Source: Balanoglossus misakiensis
Lineage: Eukaryota > Animalia > Hemichordata
Length of the DNA: 64,000 nucleotides
Assembly (NCBI GenBank): GCA_040954595.2
Contig: CM082589.2
Coordinates: 4,602,213-4,666,212, forward strand
Direction of reading: 5' to 3'
Shown: piece after piece, positions 1 to 12,191 of the stretch
Layout of the letters: the number at the start of each line of letters is the position of its first letter
How positions within the stretch are numbered: position 1 is the stretch's first letter
Program-made: the position numbers and the translations under genes
The notes under the pieces: model-generated
What the model was told of the DNA's origin: nothing
Databases searched by the model: none
Seen by the model: only the letters and a program-made list of their open reading frames with translations

Positions 1-41
1 AAAGTACCTGGTTTACTGACAGTTAAGCAAACAAAATGACC

Positions 42-204
42 TGTGTTGTGTTGTGTTTTGTTTTGTTTTGTTTTGTTTTGTTGTGTTGTGTTGTGTTGTG
101 TTGTGTTGTGTTGTGGTGTGGTGTGGTGTGGTGTGGTGTGGTGTGGTGTGGTGTGGTGTGGTGTGGTGTGGTGTGGTGTGGTGTGGTGTGGTGTGGTGTT
201 TTGT
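42..204. repeat. Compound pentanucleotide microsatellite (TGTGT/TGTTT/TGTGG)n
   Basis: Directly visible tandem 5-mers that switch motif along the tract; explains the CVVWC/HHTTP ORFs in the track. Confidence 0.97.
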
Positions 205-284
205 CATAACCAAAGAAGGGAACAGCAAGCGCGAAAATAAACCCCTACTACCAAGTATTTCATTTGCATACGACAAGGAAATGC

Positions 285-290
285 TATAAA
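285..290 (+). promoter_or_regulatory. Candidate TATA box of calmodulin-like gene 1
   Basis: TATAAA about 150 nt upstream of the predicted ATG at 439; motif match only. Confidence 0.35.
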
Positions 291-438
291 TCATGTGCTT
301 ACACCTGTTAGTAGCATTGGCATTGTTTTGCACAGCAAACTTTGCAACACACTGTGACATTTTGCTGCTGCGGCGCAACATACTATATCCAACGTAGATT
401 TGCAAAGTGAAAGTCAGAATTTCGTAGACGAAGCGACA

Positions 439-1171
439 ATGGCTGCCGACAGACCCACCATGTCAGAAATAGCCGGTAAGTTTAAGAACAGTCCAGCAGA
501 AGAAATTTACAGAAGTTTACTTCCTTAATGCGTGGACCATTAAGAAGGCACGCCCTGAGGTTCTTCGTGATAAGCTTACCAGAGCAATGGAGACAAAACT
601 GTCAAGAACTGCTTTTACAACTATCGCGAAATCTCTCTCCGATTTGTATTTCCCCGCCAATTTATAAAACGTATTTTATTTCTCAGTTTTCCATTTACAC
701 CAAGGCCTATTCACACCTAGAGAGCGAGAGCGCAGCCCTTTGTTGTCACTGATGATGTCATCAGAGCGTGTCGCCGACGTCTGTCACTATGTGTTAATTC
801 TCGCTAAATATTGGCGCTGTATCAATCAGTGCAGAACTCCGCTTTCGGCTACGAAATTCGCGTTGCCCAAACATGTAATCAATGACGTTTATGACACCAG
901 ATCACAGTCTCATCTGTCGTGTAATTGTTCAATTAATATCAGAGAATTACCAACTGATAGAGGCAGTATTTTCGGCTGTGTTATTACATCTGGGTGTGGG
1001 CCAAACACTTATCGCCGGCCACAATGTCATAGGTCCATAGCTATTATGGTGATAAAATTAATGTGTAGTTAAGCAATCGAACCAAGCTGTGTTGCTTGTC
1101 TGGTCTTCAGGACACAGGCGCCTCCCCCTCTCTGTCTGTCTGTCTGTCTCTCCCTCTCTCTCTCTCTCTCT

Positions 1172-1211
<40 letters not shown>

Positions 1212-1864
1212 ATACAAACCCACACATTTCTCTCTCATACATTTTCCCATACAGATTTGATAACGCCGACATATATTCGAAAGAAATTTCAAGAATGCAA
1301 CGTGTCTGAATCTGGCTTTCTGAGCCTGTCTGAAATCAGAAAGTGGCTGGCAAGAGATGGGCGCCCCCACAGCGACAAGGATGTCTGCTTGTTCATGCGA
1401 AATCTTGATCGAGATAAAGATTCTCGAATCGATTTCGCCGAATTTGCACTGTATTGCTTAGAAGACGCGTTTAAGGAGGCTGGTGTACAAAGGAAGAAAA
1501 AGTCGCTATTGACTACTATGCACAAAAGAGGTAATCAGACTACACATGCCAGGATATGCATGTTTACAACAAATTATTAGATGCACTTAATGTGTATCAC
1601 TTATGTATCCATAAATTGATACATACATTCTTATTTCTTTTGATAGTTCCTACCCAGTTTGAATTGGAGATGGAGTTTCGAAAAGTCGACACCGACCAGA
1701 ATGGAAGTATCTCTATAGAGGAACTGAAGACAGCACTTGGCTGTACGACGGATGACGACGACGAGTGGCTTCGCTTCATGACAATAGCAGACGACGATAA
1801 AGATGGAGAAATCACACTCGACGAATACATAGTCGCCATGATAAAACTGTATCTCAAAGACTGA
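439..1864 (+). CDS. Calmodulin-like 4-EF-hand protein, cluster gene 1; join(439..475,1255..1530,1647..1864), 176 aa
   Basis: Exon 1 MAADRPTMSEIA G|gtaag; exon 2 cag|AT..HKR G|gtaat; exon 3 tag|TT VPTQ..LKD*. Both introns phase 1 and the frame is continuous. EF loops NVSESGFLSLSE (degenerate), DRDKDSRIDFAE, DTDQNGSISIEE, DDDKDGEITLDE. AATAAA at 2017. Confidence 0.85.
940..1148. repeat. Left arm of ~210-bp inverted duplication (partner 2604-2835), in gene 1 intron 1
   Basis: CAGAGAATTACCA...GGCCACAATGTCATAGGTCCATAGCTATTATGGTG...GTTGCTTGTCTGGT plus (TCTG)n is the reverse complement of 2604-2835; YRRPQCHRSIAIMV appears in ORFs 740+ and 2694-. Confidence 0.92.
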
Positions 1865-2603
1865 AGACCGAGAGACGCGTTGTTGGTCAGGATGGATATG
1901 TGTCCTCGCCAAATGTGAAGTTTATTACACAAGACAGCTTCGATCCATTCGTAACTTAATATACGATGGTTGTAATATATCTTTAATGCGAAAACTTTAC
2001 AGCAAGCCTTTTGTCTAATAAACACGCGTTAAAGTGTTGATATATATTTCATGTTAGGGGAACGAACCAGAAGAAAGAAACAAACAAACAAACAAACAAA
2101 CGCGTTCATACTCATACTAATACATTTAGAACTATGTGTCATGTATTTTTCGTTTCGTAATTTTTCAAAAAAATGCAATTTCTGCTTCTGCCAAAGTATT
2201 AGAATTGAGCGTAAAATGTACCAACATATGAGAACATATATACCTTTCTTCCTTAAAATACGAATGTTCTTTTGGAGAAATGTCAATACTTTGAAGGACT
2301 TCTGTAATTTGTTGGTTTTGCTGCATAAACGAATCATACAGACTTTATCAATAGGCAGCATGGCCTGGTATTTGCTGTTGACGTATTTCTTTTGTTTTAT
2401 GCGTGCATTTTAAGTTTCTTGCATACCATTCCTCTTCATTTCAATTATATTCTTGTTGCCATCATTAAAACACAGAAAAAACTACAAGTGGATTTCTCAG
2501 AAATTTTGATTTTAAGTATAGCCTGTATTTTGATCATATTTTCTTGTTTTATGTCAATAATATTTCACCTTGAAATTTGGACCGGCCATATAGGTACGAA
2601 TTA

Positions 2604-2835
2604 CAGACAGACAGACAGACTGACAGATTGACAGACAGACACAGGCGTGTGTGTCATAAACACCAGACAAGCAACACAGCTTGGTTAGATTGCTTAACTA
2701 CACATTAACTTTAACACCATAATAGCTATGGACCTATGACATTGTGGCCGGCGATAAGCCTGAAGAGTGTTTGGACCACACCCAAATGTAATACCACAGC
2801 CGGAAATACGGCCTCTTGCAGGTGGTAATTCTCTG
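2604..2835. repeat. Right arm of inverted duplication (partner 940-1148), ending 24 nt before the gene 2 ATG
   Basis: Reverse-complement match to 940-1148 including the (CAGA)n tract, with a few substitutions and small indels. Confidence 0.92.
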
Positions 2836-2859
2836 CTGTCAAAGTGAAGAAGGAGGGAC

Positions 2860-4519
2860 ATGGCTGCTTCAGATGGTAAGTACAGCTGATAGAAGTGCTG
2901 CTTGCGCATCGGAGGCTATTACGTGTATTCAAATTAAACGGTGACCACCTGAACCCTAGACCCGATAGACCGTAGCGACCATAGAAAAAGTTTAACGATA
3001 CATCGAAATCAGACGTCACGATGGACGGGGAAAGGCGCAGGTTACTCATTTCTATTTAATAAGGTAACGGAGAATATCGCAACGACTTCACACTTCACAC
3101 CCGTATCGTATGTAGACGATTAAGGTGGTCGCAACGAAAGCGGAAAATTATGTCGCGTTCATTCAGGGCGTGTACGTGCTCAACCAGATCAAGGGGTATC
3201 AAATTAAACAAAGGCTGCGACGTGTGAGTTGTGAATAATGACTTTAAAGAGGCAAAGTCGACTTACGGAGCTTCCCATGTGCAATATTATGCAAGGTTAT
3301 ACAAGAAATTTGCTAATGTTTGGAAATTATCGGTGCCTGGACGGATAGCATATACCTAGCCACTTGTAGGATTGAAGTCATAAAGTGGATAATTTATGAT
3401 ACTGTTTAATGGTTATTTTAAATCTAATTCTTATAGTTGGGCTATTTATGATATTCAACCAGTTGTTGCATCCTGTACACGAGTATAACATCATGTATGT
3501 CTACAATCATGTACTGACCAATTGATTGATTGGTTGGTTGGTTGGTTGGTTGATCGATCTATTGACGTATTTGCTCCACTAATCTCATCCTTGAATTCCC
3601 CCTCTCTCCGGTAGACAAAACTTCTGCGACGAGAATCAGGAAGCTCTTCAGCCGCTTCGACGCGGATGGCGACGGTTCGATTACAATCTCCGAGCTGAAA
3701 AGTGGATTGCGGAAAATTGGCACCATTGTCAGTGACATGGATGTGTACAAATACATGAGAAAAATCGACACTGACGGTAATGGTCGGATCGACTTTACCG
3801 AGTTCGCTCAGTTCTACGTCGAAAGTGTGATGGCGAAAGAGGATAAGGGAAAAAAGAAGAAAAAAGCGAACTTGTTTGCTGTCCGCAAACAAGGTAAAAG
3901 TGGGATAGACATTGTTAAGAGCGTCAAACTTACAGTACTGCAGAACTGTTCACAAAATCACGGTCGTGAACATGTCACGATTTATAGTGTGATAACATTG
4001 TATTTGGCGAATGAGTACTAACATTTGTTGCAGAACATACTTGTTTACAGTTCATCCGTTTTACACGGAAATCCATTACGATCCGTGTTTTAGATGCAAA
4101 CATAAGGAAAGGCGTGTATATAGGCGCACGCTATTGCACAAAGAGACTCAAATCAATACGTGTCTGTTCGTCAGCTTCAAAATAGAAAGATGGGATTTTG
4201 AAGGGAAAACAACTGAAACAGATTGACCAGCAGAATGTTGCAAGAGCATTACGCAGATGGAGAGAGACTTAACATCATACGCGTTTTCTATTTTTCGCAT
4301 ATAGTTCCGAGCCACGCGGAGTTATGGAGGAGATTTCGAGAAGCTGACACGGACGGCAATGGTTCCATCTCCATCGAAGAACTCAAGGTGGCGTTGGGTT
4401 GTGGGGAGGACGACGGCGAATGGTTTGAGTTTATGAGATTGGCAGACGAGAACGGAGACGGAGAAATCAGTTTTGACGAGTATGTAGTTGCCATGGTTAA
4501 GCTGCATCTCAGAGACTGA
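2860..4519 (+). CDS. Calmodulin-like 4-EF-hand protein, cluster gene 2; join(2860..2875,3615..3893,4305..4519), 169 aa
   Basis: MAASD G|gtaag; tag|AC DKTSATRIRKLFSRFDADGDGSITISE..DTDGNGRIDFTE..KKKKKANLFAVRKQ G|gtaaa; tag|TT VPSHAEL..DTDGNGSISIEE..DENGDGEISFDE..LRD*. Four canonical loops. AATAAA at 4884. Confidence 0.88.
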
Positions 4520-5301
4520 ACAATAATTTTGCTCATTGTGCAACGTAATTATCCTGGGAGTTGGTGCTGGATTATATTTTCCTGTCTTATTGATTCAAAT
4601 ATTCCATACTCTATTCACGCCCACTGTCAATGCTTTTGGGTCAATGCAATGTTAAGTTGATATGGAATTACATATATTTACATTGGATGACAATAACCTT
4701 CATGAGAAGTCTATCACCAACCAGTACAATTTCATATGTTCGGATAAAGTGCGTTCAATCCCTGAAACCCATGACCTGGACAAACCATTACAGTACAAGA
4801 TAATTATTCTTGGTCGGTTACTGTATTAATTATGGATATATTTTGTGTATTTTCCAAAACATGGACTACCACATTATGAACAAAATAAAGTAACTTTCCG
4901 AATAACGATGTATATTAGACATCGGCATATGATTGTGCACATATACCTTTGATAAGCCCGTTAAGGATGTACGTTCAGTGAAATTGAAAGTACATGTAAA
5001 TTTATTTAATTGTTGATTTTTGGATTATCCCGTGAATGTAATAACAAGACGTGTGTCAGATTGACAAGTGTTATACGCGTAGAGTCGAAGACCAAACACT
5101 TCGCATACGCACAGGTCAGTTGCAACCGTACCTTGCAACCGTACCGTGCATTCTTGACAAGGTGGATGTTGTTTGCGACCAGGGGTCGGGGTCACAATTA
5201 ATCAAATGGCGATCGATTTCGAGCGAGTGTTTCTTCACTCCCAGGGCCTGTGACATGTTTTGAAGAGAGACACTAAATTTATTTCAAGCTCAACTACCAT
5301 A

Positions 5302-7220
5302 ATGGCTGAAGGTAAGTCGATGCGAATGCTTTGGGAACGAAGCAGCCACATTACTGACTGAAAGGGAATAACCAGGGGGAAACTTTCACGTACGCGGTCT
5401 TGGTGGAAAGGCGGAAGTAAAATTGCGTTGAACAATGTCGCTGCCGATCAAGGAGTCATACAAATCGTCGGGACAGTGTGCTATAAATTGTTCTGGAAGA
5501 AGGAAGTTGGCGGCGATACTAACATTTCTTGAATAAGTCACATCTTCTCCTGCAAAGTAGTTGCCACCGAGTCGTTTGACTCGCTCCACAAAAACCTTCA
5601 TGTAATTTTGTTACGGAGTCATATCAATCATGGTTGTATTACTGTAAGCTCAGGCCAGCAACTTGAACAAAAGTCATAGGCACTTGACCTTCCTTTTTGC
5701 GAAATTCTCGGGAGATGTACACTCTGTGTGGCGAATGTCTGTAGTTCGCGGAGTGCATTGGCTTGGCACAGTGCCATTGGCATATAGCTGAATGCCCGCA
5801 GCGATTTTGCTGACACTGGTAAGAACGGGCAATACAAAGGCCAACTGCAAAACGTACCCAGCAATGACTTACATTAAGCTTCATAGTCTCTAAAGGTGAG
5901 AACTCGCACGTACATTGCCTGTCCGGCCTTTACTCATACAGTCTGACACACTGACATGTGTTCAAAATATGAAGGAGAAAGCGTCGACAAGCTGTCCACT
6001 CAAATACATCATTAACACGAGGTCAAACAAACCGCACAGTTTCAAAATAACAGCCACTGTTCCGTATACAGTGATCTCATTTGAAAATACTTGTTTGTTT
6101 TCTGTCAAATCCGAAACGAATACCAATCTTACCAGTAGGAACACGAATGACGATGTAGATACAGTTCTTTCTTTCTTTCTTTCTTTCTTTCTTTCATTCT
6201 TTCTTTGTAGATAGAACATCTCCTTCTCACATACGCCGGGTCTTCGATTCCTACGACACCAATGGCGATGGCTACATCACAAGAGCCGAACTCCAACAGG
6301 GGCTTAAAAGGAAAAATATCGACTTTGATGAAAAATCCGTCTATCAGTTCTTTCGCGAGGTTGATAAGAACCGCGACGGCACCATTGATTTCAACGAATT
6401 CACGATATTCTGGCTGGGCAAGGCCCGTCAACACCAGAAAGAGGAACAAGAGAGGCAACGAGTGGCAGATGGCATATTTGCGACTTCTGATGGAAAGTGT
6501 ACGTAATTAAGCTAATACTTAACTGTTTTAATTACTCAGAACATGACAGATATGGGACTTAACCGGGACTATGGTTTTATGTCACACTAAAAATAACTGT
6601 CAGTTTTCTGCAGTCCACTACCCCATTTACAAATGTGCATTCCCATTAACATTTCCATTGTTCAATTTTCACACCCAACCCTTCTTTTGTTTTCTGATGC
6701 ACCTGATCCTGCACATATTTTCTACTTTGAATACCCCATGATTCTCTGTTTCTCTGAAGATCAACACGTCAATACTCCTAATCAGGACATGACTGTATTA
6801 TACTACGATGACAGGTGTTTGGCATGCGTCGAGGTTTCAGCTAAATTATGCATTGGTGCGGACAGGAACAACGATGGAATTTACCAGTGGCCAAGTGGCC
6901 GCATTTCATACACACAGCCAATTTCGGAGGACAAACCACAGCTCAAAATTTGCAACCAAGAGAACACGCCAATAACTGTTGTGTCATCACTTTCAGTCCC
7001 CAGCGTCAAGGAACTCAGGGAACGCTTTGAAGACTTGGACGCCGACGGCAACGGATACATATCCTGGGACGAACTCAAGATGGCGCTAATCAAACGGACG
7101 GGAACTTACACGGACGATCAGGTGCACAGAATGATGCGGCAAGCGGACGAGGACGGGGACGGAAGAATCAGCTTTGACGAATTCGTAGTCGTTGTCGCGA
7201 AAACGCACTACCAACAGTAA
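5302..7220 (+). CDS. Calmodulin-like 4-EF-hand protein, cluster gene 3; join(5302..5311,6211..6498,6997..7220), 173 aa
   Basis: MAE G|gtaagt; exon 2 (absent from the ORF track because it has no start codon) DRTSPSHIRRVFDSYDTNGDGYITRAE..DKNRDGTIDFNE..SDGK T|gtacgt; cag|TC FPSVKEL..DADGNGYISWDE..DEDGDGRISFDE..YQQ*. Confidence 0.87.
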
Positions 7221-7952
7221 TTTTATGCGTTCTGTGCGTCCGTATTTCGGCTTCTGTCAAGTTTTCTTTTATTCTATGCTTTTATTTACTGAATCTATTC
7301 CCTAACATACATTTTGTATTTAGCTCTTACGAAAACACACAGAATGTTTGTTATTGCACTGGCGATGGCGCTGTTTGAGACTGGTATAGTAGACTGAGTT
7401 CTTCTGACATGAAAAAAACAATCTGGCGGAAATAATCTATGATCTTTTTATAGCAGTAAACCCAACCCCCAGTACATTCTATCGAGGCCGAGCCTTTTAA
7501 CTGATCTGAAGTCACCGTGGTCTTGTTCATCACTGGACGCTTTATGATCGTGCCGTATGTGGGCGCCCTCCATATATCCAAATGTTAAAATTGTTTTCAG
7601 CGGACGAAGAAATGTGAAAAAATTAACGATTGATAAAAGCCAATGTCATGTAAATAGTGAACATATAGACCAACAGAACGACAGACTCCGTGAACTCTTG
7701 GTCGTTTCAATCGATCGAGGTACAGAGTGCAGTGAAAATATGTCACGTGTTTCCATGGGGAAGTAAACACGAGTACGTCGTGATCTAACAAAGCTTGCGA
7801 ATTTATAACCAGGATATCGTGAAAACGCGGAGCATTCAAACACTTCATAAGTCAGAGAAGCAGCTTTGTCGCGACCATTCGATTCTTACTGGTGCAAGAC
7901 GACAATATTTTAAGTTTTATTCAGCACGAGCAGTTTGTTATAACGGAACAGC

Positions 7953-9028
7953 ATGGATGGTAAGTGCGGTATGCCTTATCATGCGTACCCTATCCTTTAT
8001 TTCATAGACCACTGGACCATATATATAAATTCGGGAATGCGAAATTCCATTCCCACCTGACAGCAAGAGAAACCCCTTGAATTATGTGCGAATGCTGGCA
8101 GCAGGGGCCAGACAAACAGGCATACAGATATGTTTAAGTATACGTATTATAAGTATGTTATAACCCACGTATACCTATGCCCACACGGGGTAATAGATCG
8201 ACAGCTACATCAATAAGGAGAAACTCATACAAGCGCATGCGTATCATGACTTTTATGATGATCGATAGAGGTTTATTGGGTGGCATATCTTGGACCTCTT
8301 GGGTCACGCAGAGGTCACCTTAGGGTAACACGTCTCATGATCTCCATTCCCCCGTTTGCAAAGGCAAGATTTCTCCAGCATACCTGCGACAGAAATTCGA
8401 GGAGTATGACGTCAACGGCGACGGCCAGATGAGCACGGAGGAACTCAAGGCCGGACTGAAGAAGGACAGGATCGCCCACACGGACGACGAAATTCGCCTT
8501 CTCATGAAACAGGTGGGCAACGGCGGGAAAGTCGACTTCAACACTTTCGCCATCTACTGGATGAAGAAGGTGCTGAAGAGAGAGAAGAAGAAGAAACCGG
8601 CTCTTCTGACAATTGAGGGGAAATGTAAGTTGGGGGACGGGGGGGGGGTCGATAGTTGGGAAGTGAAGCCGTGGGATTTTCGGCAGCTATCGGGAATCTA
8701 CCCATATACAAATGTACACGCATTTGCTTTGAAGTTGTGTTGTCTGAACCCTACACTTTTCGATGGAAAACTAACGCGAGGCTGTTTGCTTTCTCTCCAA
8801 AAAGTCCCTCCTGCACGGGAACTGGAGAAGAGGTTCCGAGACATGGATACCGACGGCAACGGCTTCATCAGCGTGGGCGAACTGAAAGAGGCGGTCAGAA
8901 GGCTGACGGGGAAATGCAGCGACGACGACTGGTACCAGATCATGTTGATCACCGACGAGAACCGGGACGGACATATCAGTTTGGACGAATACATTGTCGC
9001 AATGGCAAGATTGCATTTCGAAAATTGA
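7953..9028 (+). CDS. Calmodulin-like protein with disrupted EF2, cluster gene 4; join(7953..7959,8364..8624,8805..9028), 163 aa
   Basis: MD G|gtaagt; aag|GC GKISPAYLRQKFEEYDVNGDGQMSTEE (an alternative in-frame cag acceptor ends at 8378); EF2 shortened to VGNGGKVDFNT; EGK T|gtaagt; aag|TC FPPAREL..DTDGNGFISVGE..DENRDGHISLDE..FEN*. AATAAA at 9470. Confidence 0.83.
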
Positions 9029-9883
9029 AGTCACATGTACTATATGAATGGTACCCGTTACGCATCGCCAGCATGGTCAGCAGTGACATTGCATTTTTGT
9101 ACTAACAATATTATTCACGTTGCTGTTGTTTGAGGTGGTGATAATTAGTTTCCACACTTTCAGAAAAGTTGGTTTGTTTCACACTGGCACTTATTAGTCA
9201 CCTATTATGCAAATGTGGTCGCTAATTGATAGATTTGTAATTTTTCAAGACATAAAACGAATAATTCTACACATACATGTAATGTAAAGGTAAATGGATC
9301 TTTTTTTCTGCTTCCGCCAAGATGGCGTCGGTATTCAGGTGACCAACTGCCTCCGTCCATTTTTTGTGCAATACTTGGATATGGGCTTGTAAACAGATGT
9401 AAATCAATTTTAATTTTTAACAGAGGGGTGGACTTATATGTATGGGCTATACTCGGATGAATACGGTGCAATAAAACGAATTGGCTCTGTGTGATTTTTG
9501 TTTCATATCTTTCGCTGGCAGAGAGGTATTGCCCTTGTATGGAGCTATTGTCGGTATAAGTACAGAAGAAAGATTATTTACGAATGGTTTACCATAAATT
9601 GGGCTTGTTTCATTTCGACTGGTGTATTGTGACTATCTACACTCGGATAGTTGATAAACAGCAAGCTATGGGGTACGGTTGATGATCACCCTAGTGATAG
9701 AATCATGTACTAGGTCGTGCCAAGGGGAGATAAGCTGGGAAATGGTCTTTGCGCTTCTGGTCAGACCTCGTTTATTTGGCATCGAACAAGTTAAGTCATT
9801 GTGACGCTATACAAGACGACATTTTTTTTAATTATAAGCATCTGTCCTTCACCGATAAAGAGATCCTGTCTGTAAATGGTGCA

Positions 9884-10878
9884 ATGGTCGGTAAGTTTAC
9901 GTGAAATATCATTTACGAATGCTATGACCATCGATGGTACTCAACTAACAATCTACATGTATAAGGGTGGCCTAAAACATACTAGTATGTTACTAGTTTA
10001 TGATGAATTCTCTCTCTCTGCCTGTTTCTCTGTCTGTCTCTCTCTCTATCTCTAGACCAAACATCGCCAGAATATATCCGAAAAATCTTCAACTGTTATG
10101 ACATCAACGGTGACGGTAAAATCACGATTGCTGAGCTCAAAGAGGGTCTCCGCAAAGGCGGAATAGATTATAACGATGATTCCATATACCAGTTCATGCG
10201 ACACGCTGACCTCGACGGCGACGGACAAATTGACTTTGATGAATTTTCGATATTTTGGATTAGTAATTGTGGGAGTGGCACACAGACGTCATCACATAGA
10301 AAGGGGACGGGGACGTGTAAGTAAAACCGTTTACGATTCTAATATTTTTGTGTCGTGAATTTACGCCAGTGTCTTGTACAAATTCCTGAAATACCCAGTC
10401 TCCATCTTATCAACACACCATATATGTGTATAGTGAGCATTGTTGTAAACATTTTGTTATTATTTTCTGTTACAAACTTTCAGTATGACTCAGTATCACT
10501 TTAGCATATGAACTTCCTTGTCTTAAACATGGCAAAAATCGGCCATCTTGAAATTGTGTCGACTACAATGAGATTTTCCCCACTCACCTAGGTAGCAAAA
10601 CCTATTTAAGGCAGCTAGAATTCAAGTCCTATTATTTCTCTCTTCTTCCAGTCCCAACGATTGCAAAATTGCGCACGCAGTTTGAGGAATTGGATGCAGA
10701 CGGCAATGGTTACATCACTATTGACGAAGTGAAGATGGGTTTGCTGAAAAAACAAGGTTACTATGAGGACGAGGACTTCTACCGAATAATGAGACTGGCG
10801 GACGAGGATGGGGACGGGAAGATAACTTTCTCGGAATACGTCATGGCTATGGCAAAAATTCACGCTAAAAAGTTATGA
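9884..10878 (+). CDS. Calmodulin-like 4-EF-hand protein, cluster gene 5; join(9884..9890,10056..10316,10652..10878), 164 aa
   Basis: MV G|gtaagt; tag|AC DQTSPEYIRKIFNCYDINGDGKITIAE..DLDGDGQIDFDE..GTGT T|gtaagt; cag|TC FPTIAKL..DADGNGYITIDE..DEDGDGKITFSE..KKL*. Confidence 0.87.
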
Positions 10879-12191
10879 TTCACCATTAAATATTTCAAAA
10901 TATTTTTTTATTAATTCTAATGTATTCCTTCCGTCCGCATCATTAACTTGCTACAACGATCGTATTCGACAGAGACTCAGGCTATACTCCGAGCCATTTT
11001 CACTCAGTACTAACGCATTGAGTTCTCCTTAGACTATGTGGATTAATTGTAACATTGAGAGAGAAGGGGGGGGGGAATTTATCAATGTAACCGCTTTAGC
11101 CAGCTAGATTTTAGCTTGACTATACATGTAGGTGTTTCAGCATGACTTGTATACTCTTAAAATGTCCTTGTCTTGAAGTAATGAATTGATTTTAACTTAT
11201 CCATATCTCAAGAACCACTGATCTGGTATAACTATATTTTGGAGGACTTGAGCATATAGCTTGTGTGATCAATGAGGCCAGTGATTGCTGTGACTGATAT
11301 ACACACATGTTGTTTCTAAATCAAATATGCACTCAGCCGAATGGGGTCTACACAAATGCCCATATATAATATTACTAATAAATCACGTTACACCTTGTAT
11401 GTTATTTTATGGGGTGGCAATTTGATTGTTGGTCGACATCGACGTTGAATACTATGGTACCAAAGTCTTCGGATGGCCTTTGACCTTAGAGCGAATACCC
11501 AGGGTGGGGTTAATTGGCACAACCCTGGAATGCGTATAACAGGTGCTGGCTACAGACATGATTGTTGTTCGCTCAATTAAAGAAAACATATTCCCACACT
11601 TCGTTTTACATTGTGTGTGTGGCCTTTTTTCTGTTTTAACCGTCAAAGCATATACGGTTCACATCTCGCTGAAATTACCATCAAAGACGTTTTCTGTTTT
11701 AAACTTTTCGTGGATTAACGACTTTTGACTTTTAAAATCACCTTTATTTTTAGTTTCATTATATCTGTTCGCTGAAGCGGGGGTGCTGAAGCGATACTTT
11801 ATCCAATTGATAATTAGAATCGATTAAATTTTATCTCTGTTCTTTTGGTCTGGGGATTTTTTGCGGGGGGGGGGGGTGATCCGGTCTGGTTTATTTGTTT
11901 CATGTACACCGCCCGCAGCAAGCTTTCATGTCCGCGTTGCACATAGATGTCTCACCATGGTAATCAACGCGAGAGTTCCATCGGTCGTGACTCGCAGAGA
12001 TAAGCCAGAAAATAACGGTTTAACCAGATTCTGTCCGCTTAGCACTGGACAGTTTTTGACCCCGTTCCAATCTGAAATAGGTTTCGGCACTGGCGACAAT
12101 CGAGGGGAGAAGTTTGTGAGTTCGACGCCTGCTTCAAGATTTCTTCTGAACTATTCTGGCGTGTTTTTCCGGTGCATGGTGACACTTCCGT

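Noticed and set aside
13-405. Cys/Val/Trp-rich and His/Thr-rich ORFs
   Set aside because: Translations of the pentanucleotide microsatellite.
5235-5884. Cluster of minus-strand ORFs in gene 3 intron 1 as a transposon fragment
   Set aside because: No transposase or reverse-transcriptase motif recognisable.
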